DNA of 64,000 nucleotides from a bacterium (GCA_021787535.1 JAJYLR010000002.1:24556-88555); one strand, 5' to 3'. Positions 17,830 to 29,173 are shown, numbered from the stretch's first letter. A program made the numbers and translations. Notes: generated by a model not told the origin, from the letters alone.

Positions 17830-18941
17830 GATACTTTCTCCGCTTTTCCGCTTTCTATTTTGTAAATTAGGGCGGTTTTTCGCAAACTTTTATCAATATG
17901 GTCCAGGTCGGTTGTGGTCACTATGGTTTGCTGGCTATTAAAAGTCTTGGCTAAATGTCTTCTTCTTAATTCATCGAGCTCGCTAAAAACATCATCGAGA
18001 AGCAAAACCGGCCTTTCTCTTGTCTTTTCCTCTAGAAGCATGGCTTCGGATAGTTTAAGAGCCAAAATAACAGATCTAAGTTCGCCGCGGGAAGCAAAAG
18101 TTTCTGCATTTTTGCCTTGAAGGCGAAATGCAAAACCGTCCCGATGAGGTCCGGCCGTAGTGGCCTTTAGGGCTAGGTCTTTCTCTCGAGATTTAATGAG
18201 GGTTTTGAGCATGATAGCCCAAAAGTCTTCACCTGTTTTACCGTCTTTCCCGCCCCAAACAGCTGGGCTATACTCCAGCATCAAATCTTCTTTACCACCT
18301 GCTACCTTTTTGTAGTCACCGGCAAGGGTTTTATTTAACCCATCCGCGGCTTTGCGCCTTTCGCTGATAATTTTTGAACTATGCTCAGCCAGTTTACCAT
18401 CCCAGATTTCCAGTTCCCCCGCCTTTGCCCGGCCTTCTCCAATTTTACGCAGGAGTGCGTTCCTGTGCTCTAAGACCTTTCTGTAATTAATAAGCTCACG
18501 AGCGTATTCTTTATTTATCTGGGAAATGAAAATGTTGAAATGCCGCCGCCTCTCGGCCGGAAAGCCAAAAAACATATCAGTCTCGTCGGGAGAAAAGAAA
18601 ATGCATTTAAGCCCATCCAGGAGAGCGGAGCTGGCCTTCTTAACGCCGTTTATCTTGACTGTTTTCCTACCGCTGCCGGCATTTGCTTCGTAAATATACT
18701 CTATCTTGATTGGCTTCGCGTTTTCCGACTCCGCCTCAATGCGGAAAAATGTCTCATCCCAAAAAACCATGTCGCACTCTTTCCCCCGAAAAGACTTGCC
18801 TACCGATGTTAGATATATGGCCTCAAGCAAATTAGTCTTCCCTTGGGCGTTTGCACCGACCAAGATAGTATTTTTACCAAGCTTAATGTTAAGCTTCTTA
18901 TACGAACGGAAGTTTTGTAATTTTAGTGAATGAATTTGCAT
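17826..18941 (-). CDS. recF: DNA replication and repair protein RecF
   Basis: N-terminal LKLQNFRSYKK..GANAQGKTNLLEAIY Walker A, signature and D-loop. Position after dnaN. Confidence 0.9.
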   Translation of the reverse strand: MQIHSLKLQNFRSYKKLNIKLGKNTILVGANAQGKTNLLEAIYLTSVGKSFRGKECDMVFWDETFFRIEAESENAKPIKIEYIYEANAGSGRKTVKINGVKKASSALLDGLKCIFFSPDETDMFFGFPAERRRHFNIFISQINKEYARELINYRKVLEHRNALLRKIGEGRAKAGELEIWDGKLAEHSSKIISERRKAADGLNKTLAGDYKKVAGGKEDLMLEYSPAVWGGKDGKTGEDFWAIMLKTLIKSREKDLALKATTAGPHRDGFAFRLQGKNAETFASRGELRSVILALKLSEAMLLEEKTRERPVLLLDDVFSELDELRRRHLAKTFNSQQTIVTTTDLDHIDKSLRKTALIYKIESGKAEKVS

Positions 18942-19034
18942 AAGATTAATTGTTGGAATTGTTAGATCGCTTTACTTGTGGGAATTGTTTAAAAATACAT
19001 TTCCTCATTTCCCACGCCTCCCACAATTTCCATG

Positions 19035-20141
19035 CTAATTTCTTAACGGCATAATGATATAAATATAACCTTTGTCGTTAGGGGTTCTAATTATGCCGGG
19101 GTTTAGTTTCCCGCTTATTTCAAAGCTGACTTCCTTTGCGCTTAAATTATTCAAAACATCTATAATATACTTTCCATTAAAGGAAGCTTCGCCGTCCTTG
19201 CCTTCAACATGCGCCTTAATTTTTGCTTTATTTTGGCCTACTTGGGAGCCCCCGGAATCCACCTCCAAAACTCCCTTGGATTTCATAGACACCTTTATAT
19301 TATTGGCATTTTCTCTGGCAAATAAGCTGGCAATCTTGACGGCAGTCAGAAGCTCCTCCTTTGGAACTATGGTTTTAGTATCTGAACTTTCTGGGATAAT
19401 CTGGCGGTAATTTGGAAACTGCCCTTCAATTAATCTAGAGATAAAGTCCAGCCCGTCTGTCTCAAAGAGAATCTGATTATCAGAGAGGTAGACGCCTACA
19501 TTTAAATCTTCTTTAAACTCTCCTAAAATACGAGCCAGCTCTAAAAGTGTTTTGGCCGGCAATATCAGCTCTTCTTTTTTGGTTTTGCCACTTTTTACAT
19601 TCACAACCTTTTCTGCGAGGCGGTAGCTATCTGTAGCAGCTAAAGTCACTTTAGAACCGTCGACTTTCAAGTACACCCCAGCAAGTACCGGCCTGGAATC
19701 ATCTATCGCTGCGGCAAAAGCTGCCAGTAAAATAGCTTTTCTTAAATCGGAAGATTTTATATCCATAACTTTTCCGGTTTTTATTTCCGGAATTAAAGGA
19801 AATTCATCTGCCGAGATACCTTTTATATTTGATTCATAATTTTCTGATTTGGATATAAGCGTATCCCCATTGAGTTCTAAAGTAATTTTTTCATTGGGAA
19901 GTGAATTTATAAATTCACTAAAAAGCCGAGCCGGAACAGTAATAGCGCCTTCACTATCAACTTTAGCCCCAAGACGATAATTAATTCCTACCTCAAGATT
20001 TGTGGCTGAAAGACACACTCTTCCTTTTTCTGTTTTAATAAGGATATTACCCAACACTTCCAAACTTCCCCGAGTTGAAACTATTCTGCTTATAATATTC
20101 AAACCCTTAGATAGATTTTCTTTAAGTAGGGTGACTTTCAT
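19035..20141 (-). CDS. dnaN: DNA polymerase III beta sliding clamp
   Basis: 368 aa, three-domain clamp pattern, immediately downstream of dnaA. Confidence 0.9.
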   Translation of the reverse strand: MKVTLLKENLSKGLNIISRIVSTRGSLEVLGNILIKTEKGRVCLSATNLEVGINYRLGAKVDSEGAITVPARLFSEFINSLPNEKITLELNGDTLISKSENYESNIKGISADEFPLIPEIKTGKVMDIKSSDLRKAILLAAFAAAIDDSRPVLAGVYLKVDGSKVTLAATDSYRLAEKVVNVKSGKTKKEELILPAKTLLELARILGEFKEDLNVGVYLSDNQILFETDGLDFISRLIEGQFPNYRQIIPESSDTKTIVPKEELLTAVKIASLFARENANNIKVSMKSKGVLEVDSGGSQVGQNKAKIKAHVEGKDGEASFNGKYIIDVLNNLSAKEVSFEISGKLNPGIIRTPNDKGYIYIIMPLRN

Positions 20142-20400
20142 TTTTCCTCACAATCTTATTAATTTTTTTATATAAATTTAGTATTAGTTTTTATAGTGTC
20201 TGTGTAAACTGTTTATAACCCGCTTTTTAAATTTATTTTTTATAATTTTTCCTGTGTTTTTCTTGGGATTTTATAAGCCGTTTTTATGGGGATGAAATGT
20301 AAGGGCTGTTGAAAATATTTTATCTTATCTTCTATTATCCTAAATTTATAATCAACATTTTCACCTTTTTTCCATAGAAAACATCATCTTTTCCACACCC
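20142..20400. promoter_or_regulatory. putative oriC region (dnaA-dnaN intergenic), AT-rich with DnaA-box-like 9-mers
   Basis: 259-bp AT-rich spacer with TTTTCCACA (20389-20397) and TTATCCTAA (20335-20343) variants of TTATCCACA, and a long A/T tract at 20160-20200. Confidence 0.45.
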
Positions 20401-21768
20401 TCAGCCGATATATAATCTCTCCCGGATTAAATTAATATTATGCCTGAGCGGTTCGTCTTTATCCATTTCTTTTTCAATTTTTGAACAAGCATGCATTGCG
20501 GTAGTATGGTCGTTCTTGCCGGCTTCTCTTGAAATCTTTGGATATGAGAGATTTAATTCTTCCCGCATCAGATACATGGCGATTTGGCGCGGCAAAACTA
20601 TCTCTTTATCCCTTTTTTTGCTTATCAGGTCGCTTGCGGGCAGATCAAAAAAGTCGGCCACGCTTGAGAGGATTTTTTTGCCGGTCAGGGCCTTTCTTTT
20701 AGGATTGGCAAGGAGACTGCCTAGTACATTTTGGGCCAAGGCCATATCCGGTTTTTTATTGTTTAGCTCGGCGTAAGCGATAATTCTATTTAAGGCCCCC
20801 TCAAGTTCGCGCACGTTATGCTGAATGTTTCTGGCAATGTAATCATAGATTTCGAGAGGCAACTCATGGCCGCGAAGATAAGCTTTTTTCTGCAAAATAG
20901 CTATTCGCGTTTCAATTTCCGGCGGCTGGATGTCAACCAAAAGCCCCCATTCAAACCGGGATCTAAGGCGCTCTTCCAGTGTTGGGATGGCTTTGGGCGG
21001 ACGGTCTGACGCTAGTACTACTTGTTTGTTTGCCTGGTGCAGGGCGTTAAAGGTATGAAAAAACTCTTCTTGAGTTTGTTCCTTGCCGCCTAAAAACTGA
21101 ATGTCATCGACAATTAAAACATCCACCTTTCTGTATTTGTTTTTAAAAGCATCTGTTTTTTTATCGAATATTGATTTTATAAGTTCGCTTGTAAATTTCT
21201 CGCTTGTGACATATTCTATTTTCTTTTTGGGATTTTTCTTTTTCAGCTCATTGCCAATAGCTTGTATGAGGTGGGTCTTGCCTAGCCCCACTCCGCCGTA
21301 TACAAACAAAGGGTTATAGGAGACACCCGGTTTTTTGGCTACGGATTGGCAGGCGGCCGTGGCCAGCTTGTTTGTTTCGCCGACGACAAAGCTTTCAAAA
21401 ACATATTTAGGGTTTAGATTATAGAGTACCTCGGGTGCGTCTGCAGCCGCGAAATCCAGCAACTCTTCTTTAGCCGTTTCCTTCATTTCCATTTTCAGCT
21501 TGTCAGCCCGCCCAACTTTGTAAGTTATTTTAGAAATAGGGCCAGCTATATGCTCTATGGTGGATTTAATCTCGGTGTTGTACTTATTTTCCAGCCACTC
21601 CTTAGTGAACACATTGGGCACGCTTATCACAACCTCGCCATTTTCCTGGGAAACAATATTCGTTCCCCTAAACCACGTGGTAAAGTTAGCCTTTGATAAG
21701 CTAAGTTCGAGTTCTCCCAGGGCTGCTTGCCACAAACTTTTATTATCCATAAAATATCTCTCCGCCAA
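20401..21768 (-). CDS. dnaA: chromosomal replication initiator DnaA
   Basis: AAA+ Walker A GGVGLGKTHL, sensor motifs, C-terminal DNA-binding helix-turn-helix. Confidence 0.95.
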   Translation of the reverse strand: MAERYFMDNKSLWQAALGELELSLSKANFTTWFRGTNIVSQENGEVVISVPNVFTKEWLENKYNTEIKSTIEHIAGPISKITYKVGRADKLKMEMKETAKEELLDFAAADAPEVLYNLNPKYVFESFVVGETNKLATAACQSVAKKPGVSYNPLFVYGGVGLGKTHLIQAIGNELKKKNPKKKIEYVTSEKFTSELIKSIFDKKTDAFKNKYRKVDVLIVDDIQFLGGKEQTQEEFFHTFNALHQANKQVVLASDRPPKAIPTLEERLRSRFEWGLLVDIQPPEIETRIAILQKKAYLRGHELPLEIYDYIARNIQHNVRELEGALNRIIAYAELNNKKPDMALAQNVLGSLLANPKRKALTGKKILSSVADFFDLPASDLISKKRDKEIVLPRQIAMYLMREELNLSYPKISREAGKNDHTTAMHACSKIEKEMDKDEPLRHNINLIRERLYIG

Positions 21769-22011
21769 ACTTTAAAGCGTTAGAAAAATAATGCCGTACT
21801 CGAAATCTTCGAGCCAGCCGCATCATTTATATTGCCAGTATGCGTTCATCCACCCCGCAGTAAGGGTATTATAGCCAAAAACTGAGTTATACACAAGGGG
21901 AATTTCGCAAAAAGATTTTTCCACATGGTTTTTGCTTGAGAGGCCGCTCCGATTGACCAAAGGATGATTTTACGCTAAACTTATATAACGTAAATAAAAA
22001 AAGGAAAAAGT

Positions 22012-22146
22012 ATGAAAAGAACCTTCCAGCCCAAAAAGGCCAAAAGGAAAAAGAGACACGGTTTTCTAAAGAGAATGTCTGCTGCGTCCGGTCGCAATGT
22101 TTTAAAGAGAAGGCGCGAAAAAGGCAGGAGCCGCCTCGCGGCCTAG
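22012..22146 (+). CDS. rpmH: 50S ribosomal protein L34
   Basis: [44 protein letters not shown], 44 aa. Below the ORF-track length cut-off, found by manual translation. Confidence 0.9.
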   Translation: MKRTFQPKKAKRKKRHGFLKRMSAASGRNVLKRRREKGRSRLAA

Positions 22147-22154
22147 GGGTTAAT

Positions 22155-22496
22155 ATGCTGCCAAAGGAGAAAAGGCTGGTTAAGAGCCGCGACTTTGATC
22201 GAGTCTATCAAAAAGGCAAAAGGCTTCATTCGAAGTCTTTTAATCTTAGCTACTATTCCAATCGGACGCATGTCACGAGAATAGGAGTCGTCGCCGGCAA
22301 AAAATATTCCAAAAAAGCCGTTGCCAGGAACAAAGCAAAAAGAGTGATCAGGGCGGTAGTGCAAGATGAGTATGGAATGTTAAAAGAGGGCTTAGATGTG
22401 GTAATATTCGTTAAAAATACAGGCGCGGAGCTCGGGACATCTTCTTTTAGGAGAGAATGGGGCGAGATACTTGCAAAAGGAGGGCTCAAAAAATGA
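22155..22496 (+). CDS. rnpA: ribonuclease P protein component
   Basis: Basic 113-aa protein ([18 protein letters not shown]...) directly after rpmH. Confidence 0.85.
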   Translation: MLPKEKRLVKSRDFDRVYQKGKRLHSKSFNLSYYSNRTHVTRIGVVAGKKYSKKAVARNKAKRVIRAVVQDEYGMLKEGLDVVIFVKNTGAELGTSSFRREWGEILAKGGLKK

Positions 22497-22726
22497 GAAA
22501 GCCATTTCTTGCCTTAATACGGCTTTACCAAAAAACTCTCTCGCCGGATCATGGGCCTTTGAGCGCCAAATTTCCGCACGGCTACTGCCGGTTTCAGCCC
22601 ACCTGCAGCCAGTATACCTATGAAGCAATCGAAAAATACGGTATTATAAAAGGCGGACTTATGGGTTCGTGGCGAATTCTGCGCTGCAACCCCTTTTCGA
22701 AAGGGGGAGAGGATCCGGTAAAATGA
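22493..22726 (+). CDS. yidD: membrane protein insertion efficiency factor YidD
   Basis: Conserved LIRLYQ..SP......CR..PTCSQY..EA....G..KG..L...RILRCNP. RBS AAAGGAGGG. ATGA overlap with rnpA stop. Confidence 0.85.
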   Translation: MRKPFLALIRLYQKTLSPDHGPLSAKFPHGYCRFQPTCSQYTYEAIEKYGIIKGGLMGSWRILRCNPFSKGGEDPVK

Positions 22727-22893
22727 CTAATGCCCAATATCCAATGACCAATAAAATCCCAACTTGAAAATTAATTGACTGAAACATTTATTGGAAATTT
22801 CAATAGAAAAAGTTTAAGACATTTGAATTTAGGATTTATAATTTGTTTCAGATTTCGGATTTAGAGATTAGGATTTAACAACGAAGGAGTTAA

Positions 22894-23676
22894 ATGGGAA
22901 ATATATTTAATACACTTATCACACAACCGCTTTTAAACCTGTCAATATTTCTGTATAGCATTATGCCGGGTTGGGATTTCGGTTTGGCTATCATTGCCAT
23001 CACGGTTGTTATCAGGGCTGTTCTATGGCCGCTTTCGGCCAAGTCGCTGCACAGCCAGAAGGCCCTGAAAGCTTTGCAGCCTGAAATTGATAAAATTAAA
23101 AAGCGAAACAAAAACAATCCCCAGGCGCTGCAAAAAGCCATGACCGAGCTGTATAAAGAAAAGGAAATCAGTCCGTTTTCTTCCTGTTTGCCGACTTTGC
23201 TGCAGTTTCCTATTCTTATCGGGCTCTACTGGGTGTTTGTGAAGTTTAAAGACCCTGCTTTTATCCAAGTTGCAGATACCTCCAAAAGCTTTATTGCCCA
23301 ACTTTATCCCTGGGTAAAAAGCTTCCCAACTGTCAAATCAGTCATTGTGGCCGATGGCTCTCTTCACACAAGTTTTCTCGGCATTGTAAATCTGGCCAAG
23401 CCCAATATCATACTGGCAATTATTGCCGGAGCCGTTCAGTTTTTGCAGACTAAGCTGATGACGCCCAACACGGCGCAAGATCCGACCCAAAAAATGATGG
23501 CCAATATGGTTTATATATTTCCCTTGGTTACTATTTTAATTTCCTTGAGTTTGCCTGCCGCTCTTCCGCTTTATTGGACGGCTTCTACCGGCATCGCCGC
23601 CTACCAGCAATGGCTGATTATGAACAAGGAAGTAACATTGCTTGAACACCTGCGGCTTAAAAAGCCGAAATCCTAA
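22894..23676 (+). CDS. yidC: membrane protein insertase YidC (short form)
   Basis: 260 aa, 5 TM, conserved rnpA-yidD-yidC-jag context. Confidence 0.85.
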   Translation: MGNIFNTLITQPLLNLSIFLYSIMPGWDFGLAIIAITVVIRAVLWPLSAKSLHSQKALKALQPEIDKIKKRNKNNPQALQKAMTELYKEKEISPFSSCLPTLLQFPILIGLYWVFVKFKDPAFIQVADTSKSFIAQLYPWVKSFPTVKSVIVADGSLHTSFLGIVNLAKPNIILAIIAGAVQFLQTKLMTPNTAQDPTQKMMANMVYIFPLVTILISLSLPAALPLYWTASTGIAAYQQWLIMNKEVTLLEHLRLKKPKS

Positions 23677-23812
23677 GCGAGAAATCCCTGCTTTGCCGGC
23701 AGGCAGGCGAGACAATGTCAGAATTCAAATATTTAAAGAAGGCAATGAAATTATGAAATTTAAAATTAAGATATTAGAGCTTGTTAGCATTTAGAAATTA
23801 GAGATTAATACC

Positions 23813-24274
23813 ATGGCAAATATTAGCGTCAGCACAATTAAAAAGGTCAAAGAGCAAGCAGACCGAATGCTCTCCCTGCTTGGGGTTGACGCAAATACAA
23901 ACGTTTCAGCCCAGGAAGGAAGAGTAAAGATTGAAATCGTATCTGCGGATAAAGCCCTTTTAATCGGTTATCGCGGAGAAAACCTGTTTGCCCTTAGATA
24001 TATGATGGCGCTTGTGGCAAGAGAACTGCTTCCGGAAGGCACTTCCCTGGCTGTAGATGTTGGCGGCTACTTAAAAGATAAGGAAAAAAGAATTGAGAAT
24101 ATGGTAGATGTGGCTGCGAAAAAAGCCAAAGAAACAGGGATGGAAGAAATGCTGCCGCCGATGAATGCTTATGAAAGGATGCTAGCCCACCAAAGAGCAT
24201 CAAAAATAACCGGAGTTACCAGTTATTCTGAAGGTGCCGGAAGCGAAAGAAGAATTTTTATAACTAAAGGATGA
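23813..24274 (+). CDS. jag: Jag/KhpB-like RNA-binding protein (KH + R3H)
   Basis: IEIVSADKALLIGYRGENL (KH-like) and C-terminal R3H-like region. Position after yidC. Confidence 0.7.
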   Translation: MANISVSTIKKVKEQADRMLSLLGVDANTNVSAQEGRVKIEIVSADKALLIGYRGENLFALRYMMALVARELLPEGTSLAVDVGGYLKDKEKRIENMVDVAAKKAKETGMEEMLPPMNAYERMLAHQRASKITGVTSYSEGAGSERRIFITKG

Positions 24275-25164
24275 ATCTCCAAATGCAGGGTGTAAAAGTT
24301 AAAAAAGCAATTTTGCCGGTAGCCGGGTTTGGCACCAGATTTTTGCCGGCCACAAAAGCGATGCCGAAGGAAATGCTACCCATAGTTGACAAGCCGGTAA
24401 TCCAGTATTTGGTCGAAGAGGCGGTAAACTCAGGGATAGAGGAAATCATCTTTGTTACAGGGCGAGGGAAACGCGCCATTGAGGATCATTTTGATATTTC
24501 ATACGAGCTGGAAGATACACTGGTCGAAAAGAATAAAAAAGATCTACTTGCCTCGGTCCAGGATATACCGACGCTTGCCAAGTTTTCTTATGTGCGCCAG
24601 TCGCTGCCGCTTGGCGACGGCCATGCCATCTTGCAGGCCGCCCATCTTTTAAATGGCGAGCCGGCCCTTGTAATCTTCGGCGATTGTCTTTATGATAGCG
24701 AAGTCCCGGCCTCCAAACAGCTGATTGACGCATTTGAAAAATACGGCGATTCAATCATAGGGCTCAGTGAAGTGCCAAGAGAGGAAGTAAAAAAATTTGG
24801 CGTCATTGACGGCAAAGAGATCGAAGCCGGTATTTATGACGTTAAGCAGGTAGTTGAAAAACCGGAACCCAAAGATGCACCGACCAATCTGGTGGCTGTC
24901 GGGAAATATATAATTACCAAAGACGTTCTTGATACTTTAGCGGGGATGGAATCCGGCAAATCCGGCGAGATCCGCCTGGCCGATGCTTTTGATATAATGC
25001 TGGCATCCGGTAAATCCATTTATGGCAAGGTGCTGGACGGCGAGTGGCTAGATACAGGAACCAAGCTCAACTTTTTGAAAGCCACTGTCAAAATGGCCTT
25101 AAAGCATGACAAATTGCAAAGTGACTTTAAAAAGTTTTTAAAAGAGGTAACAAAGGAGCAATAA
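24271..25164 (+). CDS. galU: UTP--glucose-1-phosphate uridylyltransferase
   Basis: AILPVAGFGTRFLPATKAMPKEMLPIVDKP nucleotidyltransferase signature. Confidence 0.85.
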   Translation: MNLQMQGVKVKKAILPVAGFGTRFLPATKAMPKEMLPIVDKPVIQYLVEEAVNSGIEEIIFVTGRGKRAIEDHFDISYELEDTLVEKNKKDLLASVQDIPTLAKFSYVRQSLPLGDGHAILQAAHLLNGEPALVIFGDCLYDSEVPASKQLIDAFEKYGDSIIGLSEVPREEVKKFGVIDGKEIEAGIYDVKQVVEKPEPKDAPTNLVAVGKYIITKDVLDTLAGMESGKSGEIRLADAFDIMLASGKSIYGKVLDGEWLDTGTKLNFLKATVKMALKHDKLQSDFKKFLKEVTKEQ

Positions 25165-25919
25165 TGAAAGGAATAATCCTTGCTGGAGGGAAGGCAACTC
25201 GGCTAAGGCCGCTAACCAAAGTCATCACCAAACAGCTCTTGCCAGTTTATAACAAGCCGATGATCTACTACCCCATCGAAACTCTAGTCGGCGCCGGTAT
25301 TAAAGATATTTTAATAATTGTCGCGCCCGAACATGCCGGCAACTTCATGAATATGCTTGGTTCCGGCAGAGACTTTGATGCCAAGTTCAGCTACGAAATC
25401 CAAGATGAACCGCGAGGATTAGCCGATGCTTTCATTGTAGGAGAAAACTTTATTGGCAGTGATGATGTTACTCTTGTCTTGGGTGATAATATTTTTGATT
25501 ATGATTTCACTGATCACATCAAGTCATTTAAAAAAGGAGCCACTATTTACGCCAAAGAGGTGCATGACCCGGAAAGATATGGTGTGGTTGAGTTTGACGA
25601 ACAGATGAATGTCATTTCTATAGAGGAAAAACCGGCAAAGCCAAAGTCCAACTTTGCCGTTGTTGGTTTATATACTTATGATAATCGTGTGATTGAGTAT
25701 GCAAAGGGATTAAACCCTTCTGATAGGGGTGAGATTGAAATCACTGATCTTAACAATGTTTATCTGAAAAAAGGCGAAATGAAAGTAAACATAATTGACG
25801 GTATCTATGAGGACGCAGGAACCTTTGACAGCTTGCTGCGGGCCGGTAATATCATGGCCGAAAAAGCCACCTCTTCTTGTCATTCCCGCGAAGGCGGGAA
25901 ACTGGAGAGTAAAAAATGA
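25164..25919 (+). CDS. rmlA: glucose-1-phosphate thymidylyltransferase-like sugar nucleotidyltransferase
   Basis: MKGIILAGGKATRLRPLT..LLPVYNKPMIYYP signature. 251 aa. Confidence 0.75.
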   Translation: MKGIILAGGKATRLRPLTKVITKQLLPVYNKPMIYYPIETLVGAGIKDILIIVAPEHAGNFMNMLGSGRDFDAKFSYEIQDEPRGLADAFIVGENFIGSDDVTLVLGDNIFDYDFTDHIKSFKKGATIYAKEVHDPERYGVVEFDEQMNVISIEEKPAKPKSNFAVVGLYTYDNRVIEYAKGLNPSDRGEIEITDLNNVYLKKGEMKVNIIDGIYEDAGTFDSLLRAGNIMAEKATSSCHSREGGKLESKK

Positions 25920-26923
25920 AAATACTTGTAACAGGTGGTGCCGGCTTCATTGGCTCTAATTTTATCTATTGGGTTTTAAAAAATAGAGATTGGGAAATCA
26001 TAAATCTAGACAAACTGACATACGCCGGTAATCTAGAAAATCTAAAGGGTATAGAAAACGATCCACGATACAACTTTGTGCAGGGTGATGTCTGTGATTC
26101 GCACACTGTTAATGAACTCATGGCAAAGGTGGACTGTGTAGTACATTTTGCCGCCGAATCTCACGTTGACCGTTCGGTTCTTGAGCCGGCCGTTTTTGTA
26201 GAGACTAATGTGGTTGGCACACAAGTGCTTCTGCAGGCAGCCCTCGAAAATAAAATTAAAAAATTTCATCATGTCTCAACCGATGAAGTCTTTGGCGCGC
26301 TCGAGCTTGATGGCAGCAAAAAGTTTAATGAGGAAACACCCTACAACCCGCACAGCCCTTATTCCGCTTCCAAGGCAGCGTCTGACCACCTAGTCAGAGC
26401 TTACGGCGACACTTTTGGCCTCGAGTATACCATTACTAACTGCTCTAATAACTATGGCCCGTACCAGTTTCCGGAAAAAATCATTCCTCTTTTTGTAACC
26501 AATGCTCAGGAAGATAAATCTTTGCCGATTTACGGCGATGGTAAGGCGGTTCGTGACTATCTATACGTTGATGATCATTGCGAGGCGATTGCTTTGGTTT
26601 TGGAGAATGGCAAGGCAGGGGAAACTTATTGTGTCGGCGGTGACAGTGAGAAAAACGGCATTGAGATGGCCGAAACCATTCTAAAAGCGCTTGGTAAGCC
26701 GAAAAGTCTCATGACATTTGTCAAAGACCGGCCGGGGCATGATCGCAGGTACGCCATAGACCACTCTAAAATCACCAAAGAGCTTGGCTGGAAACCGCGA
26801 GTCACATTTGAGGAAGGAATTGCCAAAACTATTCAGTGGAATCTGGATAATAAAGGATGGGTCGAAAATATCTTAAGCGGCGAATATCAGAAATATTATG
26901 AAAAGCAGTACGGAGCGAGGTAA
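25916..26923 (+). CDS. rmlB: dTDP-glucose 4,6-dehydratase
   Basis: SDR fold [11 protein letters not shown], catalytic YxxxK (YSASKAASD), 335 aa. Confidence 0.85.
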   Translation: MKILVTGGAGFIGSNFIYWVLKNRDWEIINLDKLTYAGNLENLKGIENDPRYNFVQGDVCDSHTVNELMAKVDCVVHFAAESHVDRSVLEPAVFVETNVVGTQVLLQAALENKIKKFHHVSTDEVFGALELDGSKKFNEETPYNPHSPYSASKAASDHLVRAYGDTFGLEYTITNCSNNYGPYQFPEKIIPLFVTNAQEDKSLPIYGDGKAVRDYLYVDDHCEAIALVLENGKAGETYCVGGDSEKNGIEMAETILKALGKPKSLMTFVKDRPGHDRRYAIDHSKITKELGWKPRVTFEEGIAKTIQWNLDNKGWVENILSGEYQKYYEKQYGAR

Positions 26924-27096
26924 TGAACAGCAAGCTTTTAGTTACAGGTGGAGCAGGTTATATCGGCAGCCATGTTATAAGGCAGCTTTTGGATGCCGGT
27001 TATAATGTGAAGGTTTTTGACTCTTTAGAAAACGGACCACACAGAATAAAAACTTTAAAAAGTCTTAAAATGATGTGCCCAACGGGTAGTAATTAA
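26923..27096 (+). pseudogene. truncated UDP-glucose 4-epimerase (GalE) N-terminal remnant
   Basis: First about 37 codons match the GalE N-terminus ([22 protein letters not shown]). The reading frame then diverges and stops after 57 codons, overlapping the convergent - strand gene. Confidence 0.55.
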
Positions 27097-29137
27097 TTTC
27101 AGTATTGTTCACAAGAATAATATTATTCCAATCATAATTTAAAAAACAGAAAACTTCTGGTGAGCTAATCCATCGCTTTTGTCCGTTCTCAAGAACGTAA
27201 ACTGGGGGATCACTCCCTTTCAAAAGGGTTCCATCGGGATAATGCATGTCTGAAGCAGAAGAATAAGAGGATATCTCAGATGGAGAAATTACCACTATAT
27301 TCCTCCAAAAAAACTGAGAATTGAAAATATTCGGATCCCCAATCCATCTTTTTTGACCATTGCTAATTAAATAGACATTTGGATTATCTACTGCTTTCAC
27401 TAAGGTACTATTGGGGTGTAGCGCGGTGTTTGTAACATTTTCACCAGATGGATAGTATGCAACCTCTGCGTCCGAAGTATATACGAGGTTATCCCAGTTG
27501 TATCCAAGACTATTAAAGACATCAGGACTGGTAATCCATCGCTTTTGTCCATTCTCAAGAACGTAAACCTGTTGAGTGCTACCCTTGATTAATGTTCCAT
27601 CTGGGAAATGTAGAGAAGGTCCATCACTATATCCTTTGATTCTGCCCTCTGATACTGTTAAAACTCTTTCTGACTTAAGATTTAACCTGAAAAATTGAGG
27701 ATCTCCAACCCATCTTTTTTGACCATTGCTAATTAAATAGACATTTGGATTATCTGGAGACTTTACAAGAGTTCCATTTGGATTGAATTTGTTATTATAG
27801 TTTAACGAACTTCTTATATCCATTCTTCCAAAACCATATTCAAATGAGAAGTTACCATCAGGGATTTGTAATTTTTCTCCGGAAGATATAATCATGTCCA
27901 TGATTTCATTGTTTGTTGAACTTGGAAACTCAGAAAAAAGCAAACTTGCTTCGCCGGTTACCTCTGGTGCTGCTAACGATGTTCCATCGGCGGTAGCATA
28001 ACTATTTGTAGTATAGGTATTACCTTGCCAAGTAGTTGAAGAAGACAAGATATTAACTCCAGGAGCCATAACATCAAGTTCTGGACCATAGTTTGAACCC
28101 CAACCATAGTTAGCTGTAGTAACCCTCCTATCTTGATTATCTGTAGCACCAACTGCAATTACATCTGAGTAGGCGGCTGGATAATCCACACCCTGAATAT
28201 CATCATTTCCTGCAGCAGCCACTAAAACAACCCCCTTCCCATAAGCATAATTGATTGCATTTTCCAAAATAGTATCGGGTCCTTGTGATTGTAATTCTCC
28301 AAAACTCATATTAATAACCTTTGCACCATTGTCAGCCGCATACTCAAGAGCTAAGGCAACCTTATCGCTGGTACCACTACCATTATTGTCCAGACATCTT
28401 ACCGGCATAATTTTGGCATTCCAATCAATACCAGTAATACCTTTACTGTTGTTGGCATTCGCAGCAATCACTCCAGCTACTAGGGTACCGTGCATATAAG
28501 CAGATCCACCCCCACTTGCCGGAGAAGGATCGTTGTTACCGTCAACAAAATTCCAACCATATTTATCGTCAACATAACCATTATTATCATCATCAACACC
28601 TGATACGCCATTCACTTCTTTGGTATTTTGCCAGATTCGTCCAGTAAATTCTTCATGTATTGGATGCGCACTATCCATACCAACGTTTATCCCCGTATCA
28701 AGTACTGCGACAGTAACAGAGTTACTACCTGTTGCTCCGGTAGCCCATGCTTGGTCTGCCGTTATCTTTGGAATGTTCCACTGGTTTGTATAAAGAGGAT
28801 CATTAATAACTGCTGTAGCATTATAGTGCTTTATAGGCTGCTTATTGTTAATAAGTAAGGGTTCAGTAATAAGGCCCAGAATGCTGACATTTTTTCTGCG
28901 AATCTTATATAGACCAGGTGAAGATTTTAGCTTGAGAGCTTGAACATCATAACCTTCATTTTTTAGAGTTTGTATGTTCTGAGGGGCTATTTTGCCAAAG
29001 AATGTGGTTTGGTAACTACCTGCAAAAGTTTTATCATACAAGAACAAACAAAAAAAGAAAATGCAGAGCAAAATAAGGGTTTTTTTATAATTAAATAATT
29101 TTAAAATCTTTGTTGACATAAACATTATTAATGACAA
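27065..29137 (-). CDS. secreted subtilisin-like (S8) serine peptidase with four C-terminal about 65-aa repeats
   Basis: Catalytic Asp (VAVLDTGI), His ([11 protein letters not shown]), Ser ([11 protein letters not shown]). Signal peptide. C-terminal repeats with core [18 protein letters not shown]. Confidence 0.8.
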   Translation of the reverse strand: MSLIMFMSTKILKLFNYKKTLILLCIFFFCLFLYDKTFAGSYQTTFFGKIAPQNIQTLKNEGYDVQALKLKSSPGLYKIRRKNVSILGLITEPLLINNKQPIKHYNATAVINDPLYTNQWNIPKITADQAWATGATGSNSVTVAVLDTGINVGMDSAHPIHEEFTGRIWQNTKEVNGVSGVDDDNNGYVDDKYGWNFVDGNNDPSPASGGGSAYMHGTLVAGVIAANANNSKGITGIDWNAKIMPVRCLDNNGSGTSDKVALALEYAADNGAKVINMSFGELQSQGPDTILENAINYAYGKGVVLVAAAGNDDIQGVDYPAAYSDVIAVGATDNQDRRVTTANYGWGSNYGPELDVMAPGVNILSSSTTWQGNTYTTNSYATADGTSLAAPEVTGEASLLFSEFPSSTNNEIMDMIISSGEKLQIPDGNFSFEYGFGRMDIRSSLNYNNKFNPNGTLVKSPDNPNVYLISNGQKRWVGDPQFFRLNLKSERVLTVSEGRIKGYSDGPSLHFPDGTLIKGSTQQVYVLENGQKRWITSPDVFNSLGYNWDNLVYTSDAEVAYYPSGENVTNTALHPNSTLVKAVDNPNVYLISNGQKRWIGDPNIFNSQFFWRNIVVISPSEISSYSSASDMHYPDGTLLKGSDPPVYVLENGQKRWISSPEVFCFLNYDWNNIILVNNTEINYYPLGTSF

Positions 29138-29173
29138 TAAAAATTTATCATAAAACTATTCTTTTATTCAAGC

